From the NCBI GenBank assembly GCA_963835735.1, contig CAWIGP010000003.1, forward strand, positions 129,737 through 193,736: a stretch of 64,000 bases of DNA. The letters are read 5' to 3'. The position numbers and the translations under genes are program-made. Shown here piece after piece: positions 9,170-19,448 of the stretch. The DNA comes from an uncultured Solirubrobacteraceae bacterium (lineage in GTDB: Bacteria > Actinomycetota > Thermoleophilia > Solirubrobacterales > Solirubrobacteraceae). A model generated the notes under the pieces. That model did no database searches. It had not been told where the DNA came from and saw only the letters and a program-made list of their open reading frames with translations. Position 1 is the first letter of the stretch. The number at the start of each line of letters is the position of its first letter.

Positions 9170-10644
9170 GCGGCGTGAACCGCCCGAACCTGCTCCTGGT
9201 CATGGCCGACCAGCTCGCGGCGGCGTGGCTGCCGGCGGCGCGGACACCTGCGCTCGACGGGCTCGCCGCGCAGGGCACCGTGTTCGACAGCGCGTATTGC
9301 GCGTCGCCGCTGTGCGCGCCCTCGCGCGCGGCGCTGCTGACCGGGCGGCTCGCCTCGCGGGTCGGCGTGTACGACAACGCGGCCGAGCTGCCCGCGTCCG
9401 TGCCGACGATCGCGCACCGGCTGCGCGCCGAGGGCTACGCGACGTGCCTGGCCGGCAAGATGCACTTCGTCGGCCCCGACCAGCTGCACGGCTTCGAGGA
9501 GCGGCTGACGACCGACATCTACCCCGCCGACCTGGACTGGACTCCGGACTGGCGCCTCCCCGCCGGCGAGCGGCTGCCCTGGTACCACACGATGGAGAGC
9601 GTCCTGCGGCCGGGCGTCTGCACCGCGTCGATGCAGATGGACTACGACGACGAGGTCGCGTTCAGCGCCGCGCGCAAGCTGCGCGACCTCGCGCGGTCGC
9701 GGCCGCGGGAGCCGTTCTTCCTGTGCGTGTCGTTCACCCACCCGCACGACCCGTGGGAGGTGCCCGCGCGCTATTGGGACCGCTACGACCGCGCCGCGAT
9801 CGACCTGCCGGCCCCCGCTGCCGTCGCCACGGATCCGCACAGCCTGCGTCTGCGCGCGATGTACGACGCGGATGCCGTCGACCTCGACGACGAGCAGATC
9901 CGCACGGCGCGCCATGCGTATCTCGCGGCGGTCAGCTACGTCGACGAGCGCATCGGCGACGTGCTCGGCGCGCTGCGTGTCAGCGGGCTGGAGGACGACA
10001 CGGTCGTCGTGTTCACGTCGGACCACGGCGAGATGCTCGGCGAGCGCGGGCTCTGGTACAAGATGGCGTTCTTCGAGGCCTCGGTGCGCGTCCCGCTGAT
10101 CGTGCGCGCGGCGCGTCGGCTGGCGCCGGGGCGGGTCGCCGAGCCGGTGTCGCACCTGGACGTGGCGCCGACGCTGCTCGAGCTGGCGGGCGTCGCGGGC
10201 GACGCGGACCTCGACGGCGAGTCGCTGCTGCGGGGGCCGCTGCAGCGCGACGTGCTGAGCGAGTACCTCGCGGAGGGGGTGACCGCGCCCGCGGTGATGA
10301 TCCGTCGCGGCGCGCACAAGTACGTCTGGTGCGAGGGTGACCCCGAGCAGCTGTACGACCTGGCCGCGGACCCGGAGGAGCTGACCAACGTCGCGGCCGA
10401 TCCTGCCCACGCCGAGCTGTGCGCGAGCCTGCGCGCCGCGGTGGCCGAGCGCTGGGACCTGGACGGCCTGAGGCAGCGCGTGCTGGAGAGCCAGCGCGCG
10501 CGCCGGCTGGTCGCGCGCGGGCTGAGCCGCGGCGTCCGGACCGCGTGGGACTTCCAGCCGCACGTCGACGCGTCGAGGCAGTACGTCCGCACTCGCACCG
10601 ACCTGTACGAGCTGCAGCGCCGCGCGCGGCTCGAAGCAACCTGA
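9166..10644 (+). CDS. betC: choline-sulfatase
   Basis: 492-aa ORF with a sulfatase N-terminus (NLLLVMADQL) and a formylglycine motif (CAPSRAALLTGR). The C-terminal tail RWDLDGLRQRVLESQRARRLV...WDFQP...SRQYVR resembles the choline-sulfatase-specific C-terminal domain. Confidence 0.75.
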   Translation: MSGVNRPNLLLVMADQLAAAWLPAARTPALDGLAAQGTVFDSAYCASPLCAPSRAALLTGRLASRVGVYDNAAELPASVPTIAHRLRAEGYATCLAGKMHFVGPDQLHGFEERLTTDIYPADLDWTPDWRLPAGERLPWYHTMESVLRPGVCTASMQMDYDDEVAFSAARKLRDLARSRPREPFFLCVSFTHPHDPWEVPARYWDRYDRAAIDLPAPAAVATDPHSLRLRAMYDADAVDLDDEQIRTARHAYLAAVSYVDERIGDVLGALRVSGLEDDTVVVFTSDHGEMLGERGLWYKMAFFEASVRVPLIVRAARRLAPGRVAEPVSHLDVAPTLLELAGVAGDADLDGESLLRGPLQRDVLSEYLAEGVTAPAVMIRRGAHKYVWCEGDPEQLYDLAADPEELTNVAADPAHAELCASLRAAVAERWDLDGLRQRVLESQRARRLVARGLSRGVRTAWDFQPHVDASRQYVRTRTDLYELQRRARLEAT

Positions 10645-10728
10645 AGCGGGACTGTCCCCCTTTAGGGACTCGCTTCGAGCGCCTGCCTGGCTCACAGCGC
10701 ATTCCTAAAGGGGGACTGTCCCGCTTAA
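10644..10728. repeat. long inverted repeat (about 25-bp stem, ~33-nt loop) filling the betC / S58-peptidase spacer
   Basis: AAGCGGGACTGTCCCCCTTTAGGGA (10644-10668) pairs with TTCCTAAAGGGGGACTGTCCCGCTT (10702-10726). There is one T:T mismatch and one G:T pair. Confidence 0.85.
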
Positions 10729-10729
10729 G

Positions 10730-11827
10730 ATGCGCCGCGTGTCCGGCCCGCCCGCGCCTCGTGGTCCCCGCCTGCGCGAGCTCGGGCTGCGGATCGGCGC
10801 GTTCGAGAGCGGCGCCGCGAACGCGATCACCGACGTCGCCGGCGTGCGCGTGGGGCACGCCACGGTCTGGCGCGACGAGCCCGGCGGGCGCGGGATCGCG
10901 CGCACCGGCGTGACCGCGATCGTGCCCGGCGACGGGCTGTTCCGCGCGCCGGCGCCGGCGGGCGCCGCGGTGCTCAACGGCGCGGGCGAGCTGACCGGCT
11001 TCATCGGCATCTCCGAGTGGGGCGTGATCGAGACGCCCGTCTACCTCACGTCGACGATGGCCGTCGGGCGCGTGTTCGACGGCGCGGTCTCCGTGGCGGT
11101 CGCGGCCGATGCCGGGGTCGGCGACGAGCAGGTCGTCATCCCGATCGTCGGCGAGTGCGACGACAGCTGGTTGTCCGACAGCGCGGTCGTCCAGGTCGAG
11201 GCGGCCGACGCCGGCCGGGCGGTTGCGGCGGCGCTCGGCGGGCCGGTGGCGGAGGGCGCCGTCGGCGCCGGCACCGGCATGATGTGCTTCGACTGGAAGG
11301 GCGGGATCGGCACGGCGAGCCGCGTCGTGCCGGAGGCGGGCGCGACGGTCGGGGTGCTCGTGCTCGCGAACTTCGGTGACGCCGACCAGCTGCGCGTCGA
11401 CGGCGTGCCGGTCGGCCGGACGCTCCGGCCGGCACAGTCGCAGCCCGGCTCCGCTGGGAGCTGCATCGCGATCGTCGCGACCGACGCGCCGCTCGCCTCG
11501 GCTCAGCTCACCCGGGTCGCGCGGCGCGCCGGCCTCGGGCTCGGCCGGACGGGCTCGGTCGCGCACCACGGCAGCGGCGAGATCTTCATGGCGTTCTCTA
11601 CCGCCGGGCGCCAACCGTGGGAGTTGATGGGCCGTCGCGACGAGTCCTTCGCCGACTTCGAGCTCGATCCGCTCTTCGCAGCCACGGTTGACGCGACCGA
11701 GGAAGCGGTGCTCAACGCGCTATGGGCGGCACCCGACGTCACCGGCCGCGACGGCCGCGTCGTGCCCGGGCTGCCGCACGAGGACGTGCTGGCGCTGCTG
11801 CGCGAGCACGGTCGCCTCGCCGGCTGA
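10730..11827 (+). CDS. P1/S58 family peptidase (DmpA-like L-aminopeptidase)
   Basis: 365-aa ORF with NAITDVAGVRVGH, GAVGAGTGMMCFDWKGGIGTAS and ATDAPL segments characteristic of the DmpA/Ntn-hydrolase family. Confidence 0.8.
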   Translation: MRRVSGPPAPRGPRLRELGLRIGAFESGAANAITDVAGVRVGHATVWRDEPGGRGIARTGVTAIVPGDGLFRAPAPAGAAVLNGAGELTGFIGISEWGVIETPVYLTSTMAVGRVFDGAVSVAVAADAGVGDEQVVIPIVGECDDSWLSDSAVVQVEAADAGRAVAAALGGPVAEGAVGAGTGMMCFDWKGGIGTASRVVPEAGATVGVLVLANFGDADQLRVDGVPVGRTLRPAQSQPGSAGSCIAIVATDAPLASAQLTRVARRAGLGLGRTGSVAHHGSGEIFMAFSTAGRQPWELMGRRDESFADFELDPLFAATVDATEEAVLNALWAAPDVTGRDGRVVPGLPHEDVLALLREHGRLAG

Positions 11828-11959
11828 CCTGACATCCGTCCAGTTCGCTCAAGCCGCTCGCCGGCGCGCCGATCCCACTGGACGCGAGCTGAACAAGCTC
11901 CTCCGGGACAGGTGCGGGACCCGGCCCGGTCCATCAACAGGCGAACTCTAGGCGGGCAA

Positions 11960-13775
11960 ATGACCAGGAATCGACTCACTGCCATGCTGGCGGTGGCGGC
12001 GGGCGTCATCGGGCTGCCCGCCTCGGCACACGCGAGCTATGCAGACGGGGTCCTGGACGACGATCCCCTCACCTACCTCCGACTCGACGAGACGACCGGT
12101 CGCGACGCGCTCGATGCGTCAGGAATGCACAACGATGGCGAGTATGTGGGGGGCGTCACGCTAGACGGGCCCGCTCCCTTTGCCGACGCCGTCAGGTCGG
12201 TGAAGCTGGGAACGACCGGTGCGATCACGGCGGACGTACCTAGAACGGACGCTCACGCGACTGGCGGCTCCGTCGAGCTGTGGGTGAACCCGGACCGCAT
12301 GGTGAAGAACCCGCAGGCGCCGCTCGTCGCGCACGGCAACCCGGCGACGGACGGCTGGGCGCTCGGCATCGGCGACAAGCGCAAGCTTTGGTGGAAGAGC
12401 GGCCCTACGACGGTGAAGACGAAGCTCAGCCTCGGCAGCGGGGTATGGACGGCACTCACCCTGTCGTGGGACGGATCCAAGGTCAGCTTCTACCGTAACG
12501 GCGCGGACGCCAAGATCTTCAAGGCCTCGGTGTCACCGAGCTCCAGCACCGGCGACCTGGTCGTGGGAGGCAACGGCAACGGTGGTTTCACCCGTCAGTT
12601 CTCCGGCAGGGTCGACGAGGTCGCTCTGTACCAGAAGGCGCTCAGCGTCTCCGATGTCCGCGACCACTTGGCCGGCGCGCACGTGCCGATCAACACGAAT
12701 CTGCCGTCGATCGATGGCACGGCTCAGGTCGGCGAGACTCTGACGGCGCATCCCGGCACCTGGATCGACACAGACTTGGCTGTGTACCCGCCTTCTTACC
12801 AGTGGCTGCGTTGCGACGACACGGGCGAGGCCTGCGTGGAGGAGGCCACCGGGTCGACGTACCTGCTCGACGACCAGGACAAGTGCTCGAGGTTCCAGGT
12901 AGAGGTGACGGTCACCAACTCACATCGTCAGACCGGCATCGCCCAATCGGTACGGACCGACGTCGTGACCCCATGTGACGAGCGTTCCGGCGCCGATCAA
13001 CGAGGCTCCGCCGGAGATCGAAGACGACGGGACGCCAGCTGTGGGCGAGGTGCTCACCGTCCTTGCCGGCGAGTGGCAGTTCGTCGAGCACGCGGCGGCG
13101 TATCAGTGGCAGCGTTGTGACGTCTCCGGCGCGAACTGCCTGCCGTTCACCCCCGACGGCACGGACGACGAGTATGTCTTGTCCGACATCGACAAGTGCT
13201 CGACGTTCTTCGTGGAGGAGACGGTCAGCAACGCCACCGGACCCGCCACTATGCGTTCGGCCCTTACAAGCCCTATCGCGCCGTGCGACAGCGATCCGGG
13301 CGACGGCGGCAACGGCGGCGGTACCGGTGGCGGCGGTCCCGGTGGCGGCGGCGGTACGGGTGGCGGAGGCGGCACCGGTGGTGGCGGTGGCGGCGGCAAT
13401 GGCGCCGGCACCGGCCCGGCGTCCGCGCCCGTCGTCCAGAACCCGGCCCCCGCGGGCTGCCTGAAGCTGGTCGCTGCCCGCAAGCGGCTCAAGGTCGGGC
13501 GGCTCGGCAAGCTGCGCCTCGCCGCCGCTGCGAAGAACGTCTGCGTCACCGTGCCGCTCGGCGCGTCATTCAAGGCCCGCAACGGCGTGAAGCTGCGCTC
13601 GGTCGTCTACAAGTTGGACGGCAGGAAGCTCAAGCGCGTAAAGCGAAAGGGCTTCCACGCCCGGCTCGTGCCGTCGAAGCTCGCTGCCGGCACGCATACG
13701 CTGACGGTGCGCGTGCGCCCGCGTGCCGGCAAGGCGAAGACCGTCAAGCTGCGGATCCGCACGGCCGTCGCCTGA
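11960..13775 (+). pseudogene. secreted LamG (concanavalin-A-like) domain protein with two YQW-RC repeat modules, a poly-Gly linker and a basic C-terminal domain; +1 frameshift
   Basis: ORF 11912..13120 (signal peptide MTRNRLTAMLAVAAGVIGLPASAHA, then a LamG-like segment) continues in ORF 12975..13775. The junction is about 12969-12985 (..VVTPCDE / VPAPINEAPPEIEDDG). Confidence 0.7.
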
Positions 13776-13786
13776 CGCCCCGCCCG

Positions 13787-13814
13787 CCCGCGAGCGGCTC
13801 CGGCCGCTCGCGGG
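13787..13814 (+). terminator. GC-rich hairpin, candidate intrinsic terminator without a U-tract
   Basis: CCCGCGAGCGGC-tccg-GCCGCTCGCGGG, a perfect 12-bp stem beginning 11 nt after the stop of the LamG gene. Confidence 0.5.
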
Positions 13815-13834
13815 CGAGGCGCTAGGTTGCGCGC

Positions 13835-14242
13835 ATGATCACGGGACGATGTGTCTGCGCCGGCGTCCGCTTCGAGGTCAGCGAGCCGCTCGTCTCATCC
13901 GGCTGGTGCCACTGCACGCGCTGCCAGCACCGCACGGGCGCGCATGCCTCCCCCGCCGGGGCCGTCGCGCCCGGCAGCTTCCGGATCACCGCCGGCAAGG
14001 AGCTCGTGACCGAGTGGACCCCGCCGGGCGGCGGCTTTGTCAAGGCGTTCTGCTCGGTCTGCGGCGGGCACCTTTACAGCCGCTCGCCCGAGGAGCCGGA
14101 GCGCATCAGCGTCCGGCTCGGGGCGGTCGACGGCGACCCCGGCATCCGGCCGCAGTACCACCAGTTCACGGCCAACGCCGCGGTCTGGCAGCCGCTGCCG
14201 GATGACGGGCTGCCGCGGTACGAAGAGCGCAGGCCGCAGTAA
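13835..14242 (+). CDS. GFA (glutathione-dependent formaldehyde-activating / CENP-V) family protein
   Basis: 135-aa ORF whose Cys pattern (CVCAGV..., CHCTRCQ, CSVCGG) is typical of the GFA zinc-binding fold. Confidence 0.8.
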   Translation: MITGRCVCAGVRFEVSEPLVSSGWCHCTRCQHRTGAHASPAGAVAPGSFRITAGKELVTEWTPPGGGFVKAFCSVCGGHLYSRSPEEPERISVRLGAVDGDPGIRPQYHQFTANAAVWQPLPDDGLPRYEERRPQ

Positions 14243-14272
14243 TCGATCTGACGCTCGTCGTCCGGCTGACGG

Positions 14273-14584
14273 TCAGTGGGCGACCCGCGTCTGGTCGCGC
14301 GACATCAGCTTGAAGCCGGCGAGCGAGACGAGCACCACCAACGCGGCCGCGCCTCCGGCGCCGATCGCGGCGGAGCCCCAGTCGAAGCCCTGGTCGATCG
14401 TGGTCGTGACCGGCGGCGCCTGCTGGGACTCGAGCCCGCTGACGTCGATAGCCGCCGACCCCGGCGTGTCTTGCGTGCCGGGCTCGAGGATGGGGGCGGC
14501 CTGGGCCGCGGGCGCCGCGAGCGCCGCTGCAGCGAGGCCCGCGGCGATGCTGCGTTGCAGATGCGTACGGCGATGGGACTTCAC
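14273..14584 (-). CDS. hypothetical small secreted protein with a C-terminal membrane anchor
   Basis: ORF 14273..14623. Start moved to GTG 14584, six nt behind AGGAG. Has a signal peptide (..AAALAAPAAQA/AP) and a C-terminal hydrophobic segment followed by basic residues. No family recognised. Confidence 0.4.
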   Translation of the reverse strand: MKSHRRTHLQRSIAAGLAAAALAAPAAQAAPILEPGTQDTPGSAAIDVSGLESQQAPPVTTTIDQGFDWGSAAIGAGGAAALVVLVSLAGFKLMSRDQTRVAH

Positions 14585-14660
14585 GGCGGCCTCCTGGGGA
14601 GGTGGAGAACGGATGCGATCCACCCTTCTCCGGGCCGGTAGAGCGTGGGTCGAGTACCGG

Positions 14661-14690
14661 TTTACTTAGCTACTCGACCGGGAGTAGGCT
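14661..14690 (+). promoter_or_regulatory. candidate sigma-70-type promoter TTTACT-N18-TAGGCT upstream of the SARP-fusion gene
   Basis: This is the only AT-richer patch in the divergent spacer. The -10 ends 27 nt before ATG 14718. It overlaps an 8-bp inverted repeat GTCGAGTA..TACTCGAC (14649-14678). Confidence 0.3.
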
Positions 14691-14717
14691 CGCGCCAACC
14701 GGACTCCCCCCATCGGA

Positions 14718-17700
14718 ATGGATCTCCAACTCCTCGGCCCGATCGAGGCCCGCGTCGGCGACAGCGCCGTCCACCTCGGTGCCCGCAAGCAGCGCGCCGT
14801 CCTCGCCATGCTCGGGCTCGAAGCGAACCGGACGGTGTCGGCCGGCCGCCTCGCAGAGGGCCTCTGGGGCGAGGAGCCGCCGTCGAGCGCTCCGAAGATG
14901 GTGCAGCTGTACGTCTCCCAGCTGCGCCGCATTCTCGACGGGAACGGCGCGGCGATCGTCACACACGGCCGCGACTACGAGCTCCAGCTGCCCGCCGACG
15001 CGGTCGACGTCGCCCGGTTCGAGCGGCTGATGGACGAGTCCCGGCCGCGTGAAGCGCTCGCGCTCTGGCGCGGCGAGGCGCTCGCGGACGTCGCCGACGA
15101 GCCGTTCGCCCGCGCGGAGATCCGCCGGCTCGACGAGCTTCGCCTACGCGCGCACGAGCTGGCGATCGAGGCTGATCTCGAGGCCGGGCGGCACGCCGAC
15201 GTGATCGGCGAGCTCGAGGCGCTCGTGGCGGAGCATCCGCTGCGCGAGCGGTTGCACGCCCAGCGGATGCTCGCGCTGTACTCCTCGGGGCGCCAGTCCG
15301 AGGCGCTCGACGCGTATCAGCAGGCGCGCGACGCGCTGGTGGAGCAGGTGGGCGTCGAGCCCGGGGCCGAGCTACAACGGCTCCAGCAGGCGATCCTCTC
15401 GCATGACCCTGCACTCGATCCCCTCGCGCCCGCGCCACCGGCCCGTCCACCGCCATCGGAGCCGGCGCCGGCCCGGCCGCCACCGCGCCGGCGGATCCAC
15501 CCGCTCGTGGCCGTCGCAGTCCTCTGCGGCCGCAGCGGGCCTGATCGTGTTCGGCGTCAGCCGCGTGACTGCGCCGGACTCGCTGCCGCGGATCGACGAG
15601 AACGCGGTCGGGGCGATCGACCCGGGCGACGGCCGCATCACCGCCCAGTACGCCGTCGGCCGCGGCCCCGTCGGCGATCACGGCGGGCGCGGCCGCGGTC
15701 TGGGTCGCGAACGCGCTCGACGGGACCGTCTCTCGGATCGACGATCAGGTCACCGAGATCGACGTCCGCGGCGAGCCGACAGCGCTCGCTTACGGGGCGG
15801 GTTCGCTGTGGGTCGCCAACGGCGAGTCGCGCAGCGTGTCGCAGATCGATCCGGGCTCGAACCGGGTCGTGAACCAGCTGGAGGTGGGCAACGCGTCGCG
15901 CGGCATCGCGGCGGGCTTCGGGGCGCTGTGGGTGACGTCCGCAAACGACGGCGCGGTCCGCCGGATCGACCTCGACCGTCCCGCCGACGCCCGCCGGATC
16001 GCCATGGGCGCAAACCCGACGGCGATCGCAGCTGGGGACGACGCGATCTGGGTCGCGAGCGAGGAGGCGGGCACGGTGACCCGCCTGGAGCCCCGGACGG
16101 GAGACGTCACCGGCGCGATCAGAGTCGGAAACGGGCCGAGCGCGATCGCCGTCGGCGCCGGCGCGGTGTGGGTCGTCAATCGCCTCGACGGGACCGTGTC
16201 GCGGATCGATTCGGGCAAGAACGCCGTCACCTCGACGGTCCACGTCGGTGCGGACCCGACCGGGGTCGCGGTGGGCGAAGGCGGCGTGTGGATCGCAGGC
16301 GGCGCATCCGGCACGATGACGCTCATCGACCCGGATGCGCTGACCGTGCGCGAGCGCTTCGACATCGAGAACAGCGCGTCGGCCGTCGCGATCGCCGACG
16401 GAAAGGTGTGGACGGCCGCCGTCGCTCCGCCGGCGAGCCACCGCGGGGGCACGCTGCGCGTCATCTCGCCGGGATCTGAGTCCGATCCCGTGGAGATCGA
16501 CTGGCTGGATCAGTCGGGCTATGACTCCCAGACGTCCCGGCTGATCTCGCTGGCATACGACGGGCTCGTCGGCTACCGGCGCGTTGCCGGCGTCGCCGGA
16601 GCGACGCTGGCGGGCGCGCTGGCCACCGACGTTCCGCGACCGAGCCCGGATCGGCGGACATACGTCTTCACGCTTCGTCCCGGGCTCCGCTACTCAGACG
16701 GAACCGCGGTGCGGCCGGAGGACTTCCGTGCCTCGGTCGAGCGCTTCTTGCAGGTGGCAGGCGACAATCCGGCCTTCCCACGGTTGTTTGCGGGAATCGT
16801 CGGGGCGCGGCGTTGCGAGGAGGAGTCGGGGCGCTGCGACCTGTCGGCCGGGATCGAGACCGACGGGCCAGCGCGCACGATCACCGTCCACCTGACCCGC
16901 CCCGACGCGGACTTCCTCAACAAGCTGACCATGCAGTTCGCGTACGTCGTGCCGGCGACCACCCCTCGGCGCCGCACCGGCGACGACGTGCTGCCGGGCA
17001 CGGGGCCCTATCGGTTCGCGAGCTGGGACGCCCGGCGCGGCGGGCGGCTGGTACGTAATCCGCACTTCCACGCCTGGTCCCCGCAGGCGCGCCCGGACGG
17101 CTTCGCGGATCGGATCGAGGTCGACACGAAGCCCCGGCAGGGCGTCCGGGGGCAGGTGGCAGACGTGGAACGCGGGACCGCGGATGTCGTGGCGCTCGCC
17201 GGGCCGTTCGGGACCGATGTGTCGCCAGATCGGTTCGCCGCCCTGAGAGTGCGCTTTCCGGGGCAGCTCCACAGCTACCCGGAATCGGTCCTGAACTTCA
17301 TGTTCCTCAACGTGCGCAGGCCGCCGTTCGATGACGTCGAGGCGCGCCGCGCACTCAATTTCGCGACCGACCGGTCGCGCATCGTCGAGCTCGAAGGCGG
17401 TCCCGCGGTCGGCCAGCCCGCATGCCAGATCCTGCCCAGCACCGTCCCGGGCCATGAGCCGTACTGCCCGTACACCGCGCGGGCAGGGCGGGAGCGCGGA
17501 TGGTCGGCGCCGGATATGGAGCGCGCGCGGGCACTCGTGGCGAACTCCGGCACGGCCGGCGAGCGGGTGGTGGTCTCGGTACCGCCGTTCCGCCGGGGAG
17601 TCGGGCGCTATTTCACGGTGCTGCTCGACCGGCTCGGCTACCGCGCGTCGCTGCGCGTGCTGCCCGACGCGGAGTACTGGCCGGGGATCATCCAGAACCC

Positions 17701-18028
17701 TCCCGCCTCACGGGTGCAGATTGCGTTCTTGGGATGGGGGGCGGACTATCCGAGCGCTTCGTCCTTCATCGAGCCGAACTTCGGCTGCCCCGACAACCTC
17801 TCGCATTTCTGCGACCCGTGGGTGACCAGCCAGATCGCCCAAGCGCTCGCCTCCGAAGGCGCCGCCGCCGCCGGGCGCTGGGCCGCGATCGATCGCCGGG
17901 TCACCGATCTGGCGCCGGCCGTGCCGCTGACGAACCGGCGCTCCGTGGATCTCGTCTCGACGCGGGTCGGGAACGTCCAGCACCACCTGCAGGGCGGCAC
18001 GCTGCTCGATCAGATGTGGGTGCGCTGA
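14718..18028 (+). pseudogene. SARP/AfsR-type (winged-helix + BTAD) regulator fused to a TM segment, YVTN-like beta-propeller repeats and a family-5 solute-binding domain; two +1 frameshifts
   Basis: ORF 14718..15872 carries the OmpR-like DNA-binding and BTAD domains. The frame of ORF 15403.. carries the TM segment and first propeller repeat (AAAAGLIVFGVSRV...IDENAVGAIDPGDGRI). ORF 15836..18028 carries repeated G..P.AIA.G.GA.WV.N..DGTVSRID blades followed by SBP_bac_5-like sequence. Shifts lie at about 15519-15526 and at the C-run 15666-15669. Confidence 0.75.
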
Positions 18029-18031
18029 GCG

Positions 18032-18922
18032 TCAGGCCGCAGAGGGCGCAGCGGCGAGGCGCGCCGGGGTGTCGTCGTCGAACTCGGCGAAGAACCCGCC
18101 GACGCGGTCGGTCAGCTCGCCCATCCCGTCGCACGCGAACAGGATCGGCTGGTAGTGCGTGATGTCGTACTCGAGCGTCGCCATCTCGTGGAAGTCGATC
18201 GGACGGACGTCCGCGGTGCGGAACTCCTCGATCTCGCCGTAGGACGACAGCAGGCCGGCGCCGTAACAGCGCAGACGGCCCTCCTCCCACATCACGCCGA
18301 ACTCGAGCGTGAACCAGAAGACGTCGGCGACGTACTGCAGGCTCTCGGGCGTCGTGCAGCGGCGCGCGGCCTCGCCGGCCAGGCGCTTGACCTCGGCGAT
18401 GCTGGGATCGGCAAGCAGGTTCCCGTGCCCGATCACCTCGTGCACGATGTCCGGCTCGGGCGTATAAAGCGGCGCGCTCGGGTGGCGCAGGTACTGGGTC
18501 GAGTGGAACACCCGGTCGGCCAGCGAGCCGTAGAACTCGTCGAGCGGGACGAGCCCGGCGGCGGGGTGGAAGCGGAAGCCGGTGAGCGGCTCCAGGCCCG
18601 CGCTCACCTCGTCCAGCTGCGGCACGCGGTCGGCCGGCAGGTCGAGCTTCGCCTTCGCCTCGCGGAACGCGCGGCACGCCAGCCGCTCGTGCTTGGGTGC
18701 GAGCTCGCGCGACACGGTGCGCCAGATCGCATGCTCCTCGTCGGTGTACTCGACGCGCGGGACCGGCTCGCCCGGTCGCCAAGCCAGGGCGGCGGCGGCG
18801 ATCTCGTTGCGGCGGCGGCGGTACTCGGGGTCGTTGGCGCCGGGATGGTCGTCGGCGAGGTGGACCTTGACCCCGTCGGGGCCCTCGGTCACGGGTGCGT
18901 ACAGCTGGGCCTCTTCGAACAT
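18032..18922 (-). CDS. phhA: phenylalanine 4-monooxygenase (aromatic amino acid hydroxylase)
   Basis: 296-aa ORF with the iron ligand region PEPDIVHEVIGHGNLL and FWFTLEFG, and the bacterial PhhA length. Confidence 0.85.
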   Translation of the reverse strand: MFEEAQLYAPVTEGPDGVKVHLADDHPGANDPEYRRRRNEIAAAALAWRPGEPVPRVEYTDEEHAIWRTVSRELAPKHERLACRAFREAKAKLDLPADRVPQLDEVSAGLEPLTGFRFHPAAGLVPLDEFYGSLADRVFHSTQYLRHPSAPLYTPEPDIVHEVIGHGNLLADPSIAEVKRLAGEAARRCTTPESLQYVADVFWFTLEFGVMWEEGRLRCYGAGLLSSYGEIEEFRTADVRPIDFHEMATLEYDITHYQPILFACDGMGELTDRVGGFFAEFDDDTPARLAAAPSAA

Positions 18923-18983
18923 GGCGAAGGTCTAGCGCCGCGCGTCCGCGCCCGGCAACTCGCGAGGACGTATCGTTTCGTTG

Positions 18984-19448
18984 ATGACAACGATCGAACG
19001 TTTGACGGACCTGGATCGGAAGATCCTTGCGCTCCTGCAGCAGGAAGGTCGTCGTTCGTTCGCCGACATCGGCCGCGAGGTCGGGCTGTCGACGCCGGCG
19101 GTCAAGCGCCGCGTCGACCGACTGGAGGCGGCCGGCGTGATCCGCGGCTACACGGCGATCGTCGACGCGTCCAAGCTCGGCTTCGGCTTCGAGGCGATCG
19201 CCGAGATCTACGCCGCCGACCGCACCGCGCCACGCGACCTGCTCGAGAGCCTCGCGGGGATCCCGGAGGTCGTGAGCGCGGTCACCGTGTCCGGCGAGCC
19301 CGACGCGGTACTACGCGTCCAGGTCGACGACATCCGGCACCTGGAGCGGCTGATCGAGACGCTCCGGCGCCGCCCCAACATCGTCCGCACGCGCACGATG
19401 ATCGTGCTGTCGGTACTGGTGGATCGGCCTACCGCTCTGCCGGGCTGA
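18984..19448 (+). CDS. Lrp/AsnC family transcriptional regulator
   Basis: ORF 18981..19448 (TTG 18981 or ATG 18984). HTH_AsnC N-terminus ([39 protein letters not shown]) plus an RAM domain. Divergent from phhA. Confidence 0.85.
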   Translation: MTTIERLTDLDRKILALLQQEGRRSFADIGREVGLSTPAVKRRVDRLEAAGVIRGYTAIVDASKLGFGFEAIAEIYAADRTAPRDLLESLAGIPEVVSAVTVSGEPDAVLRVQVDDIRHLERLIETLRRRPNIVRTRTMIVLSVLVDRPTALPG

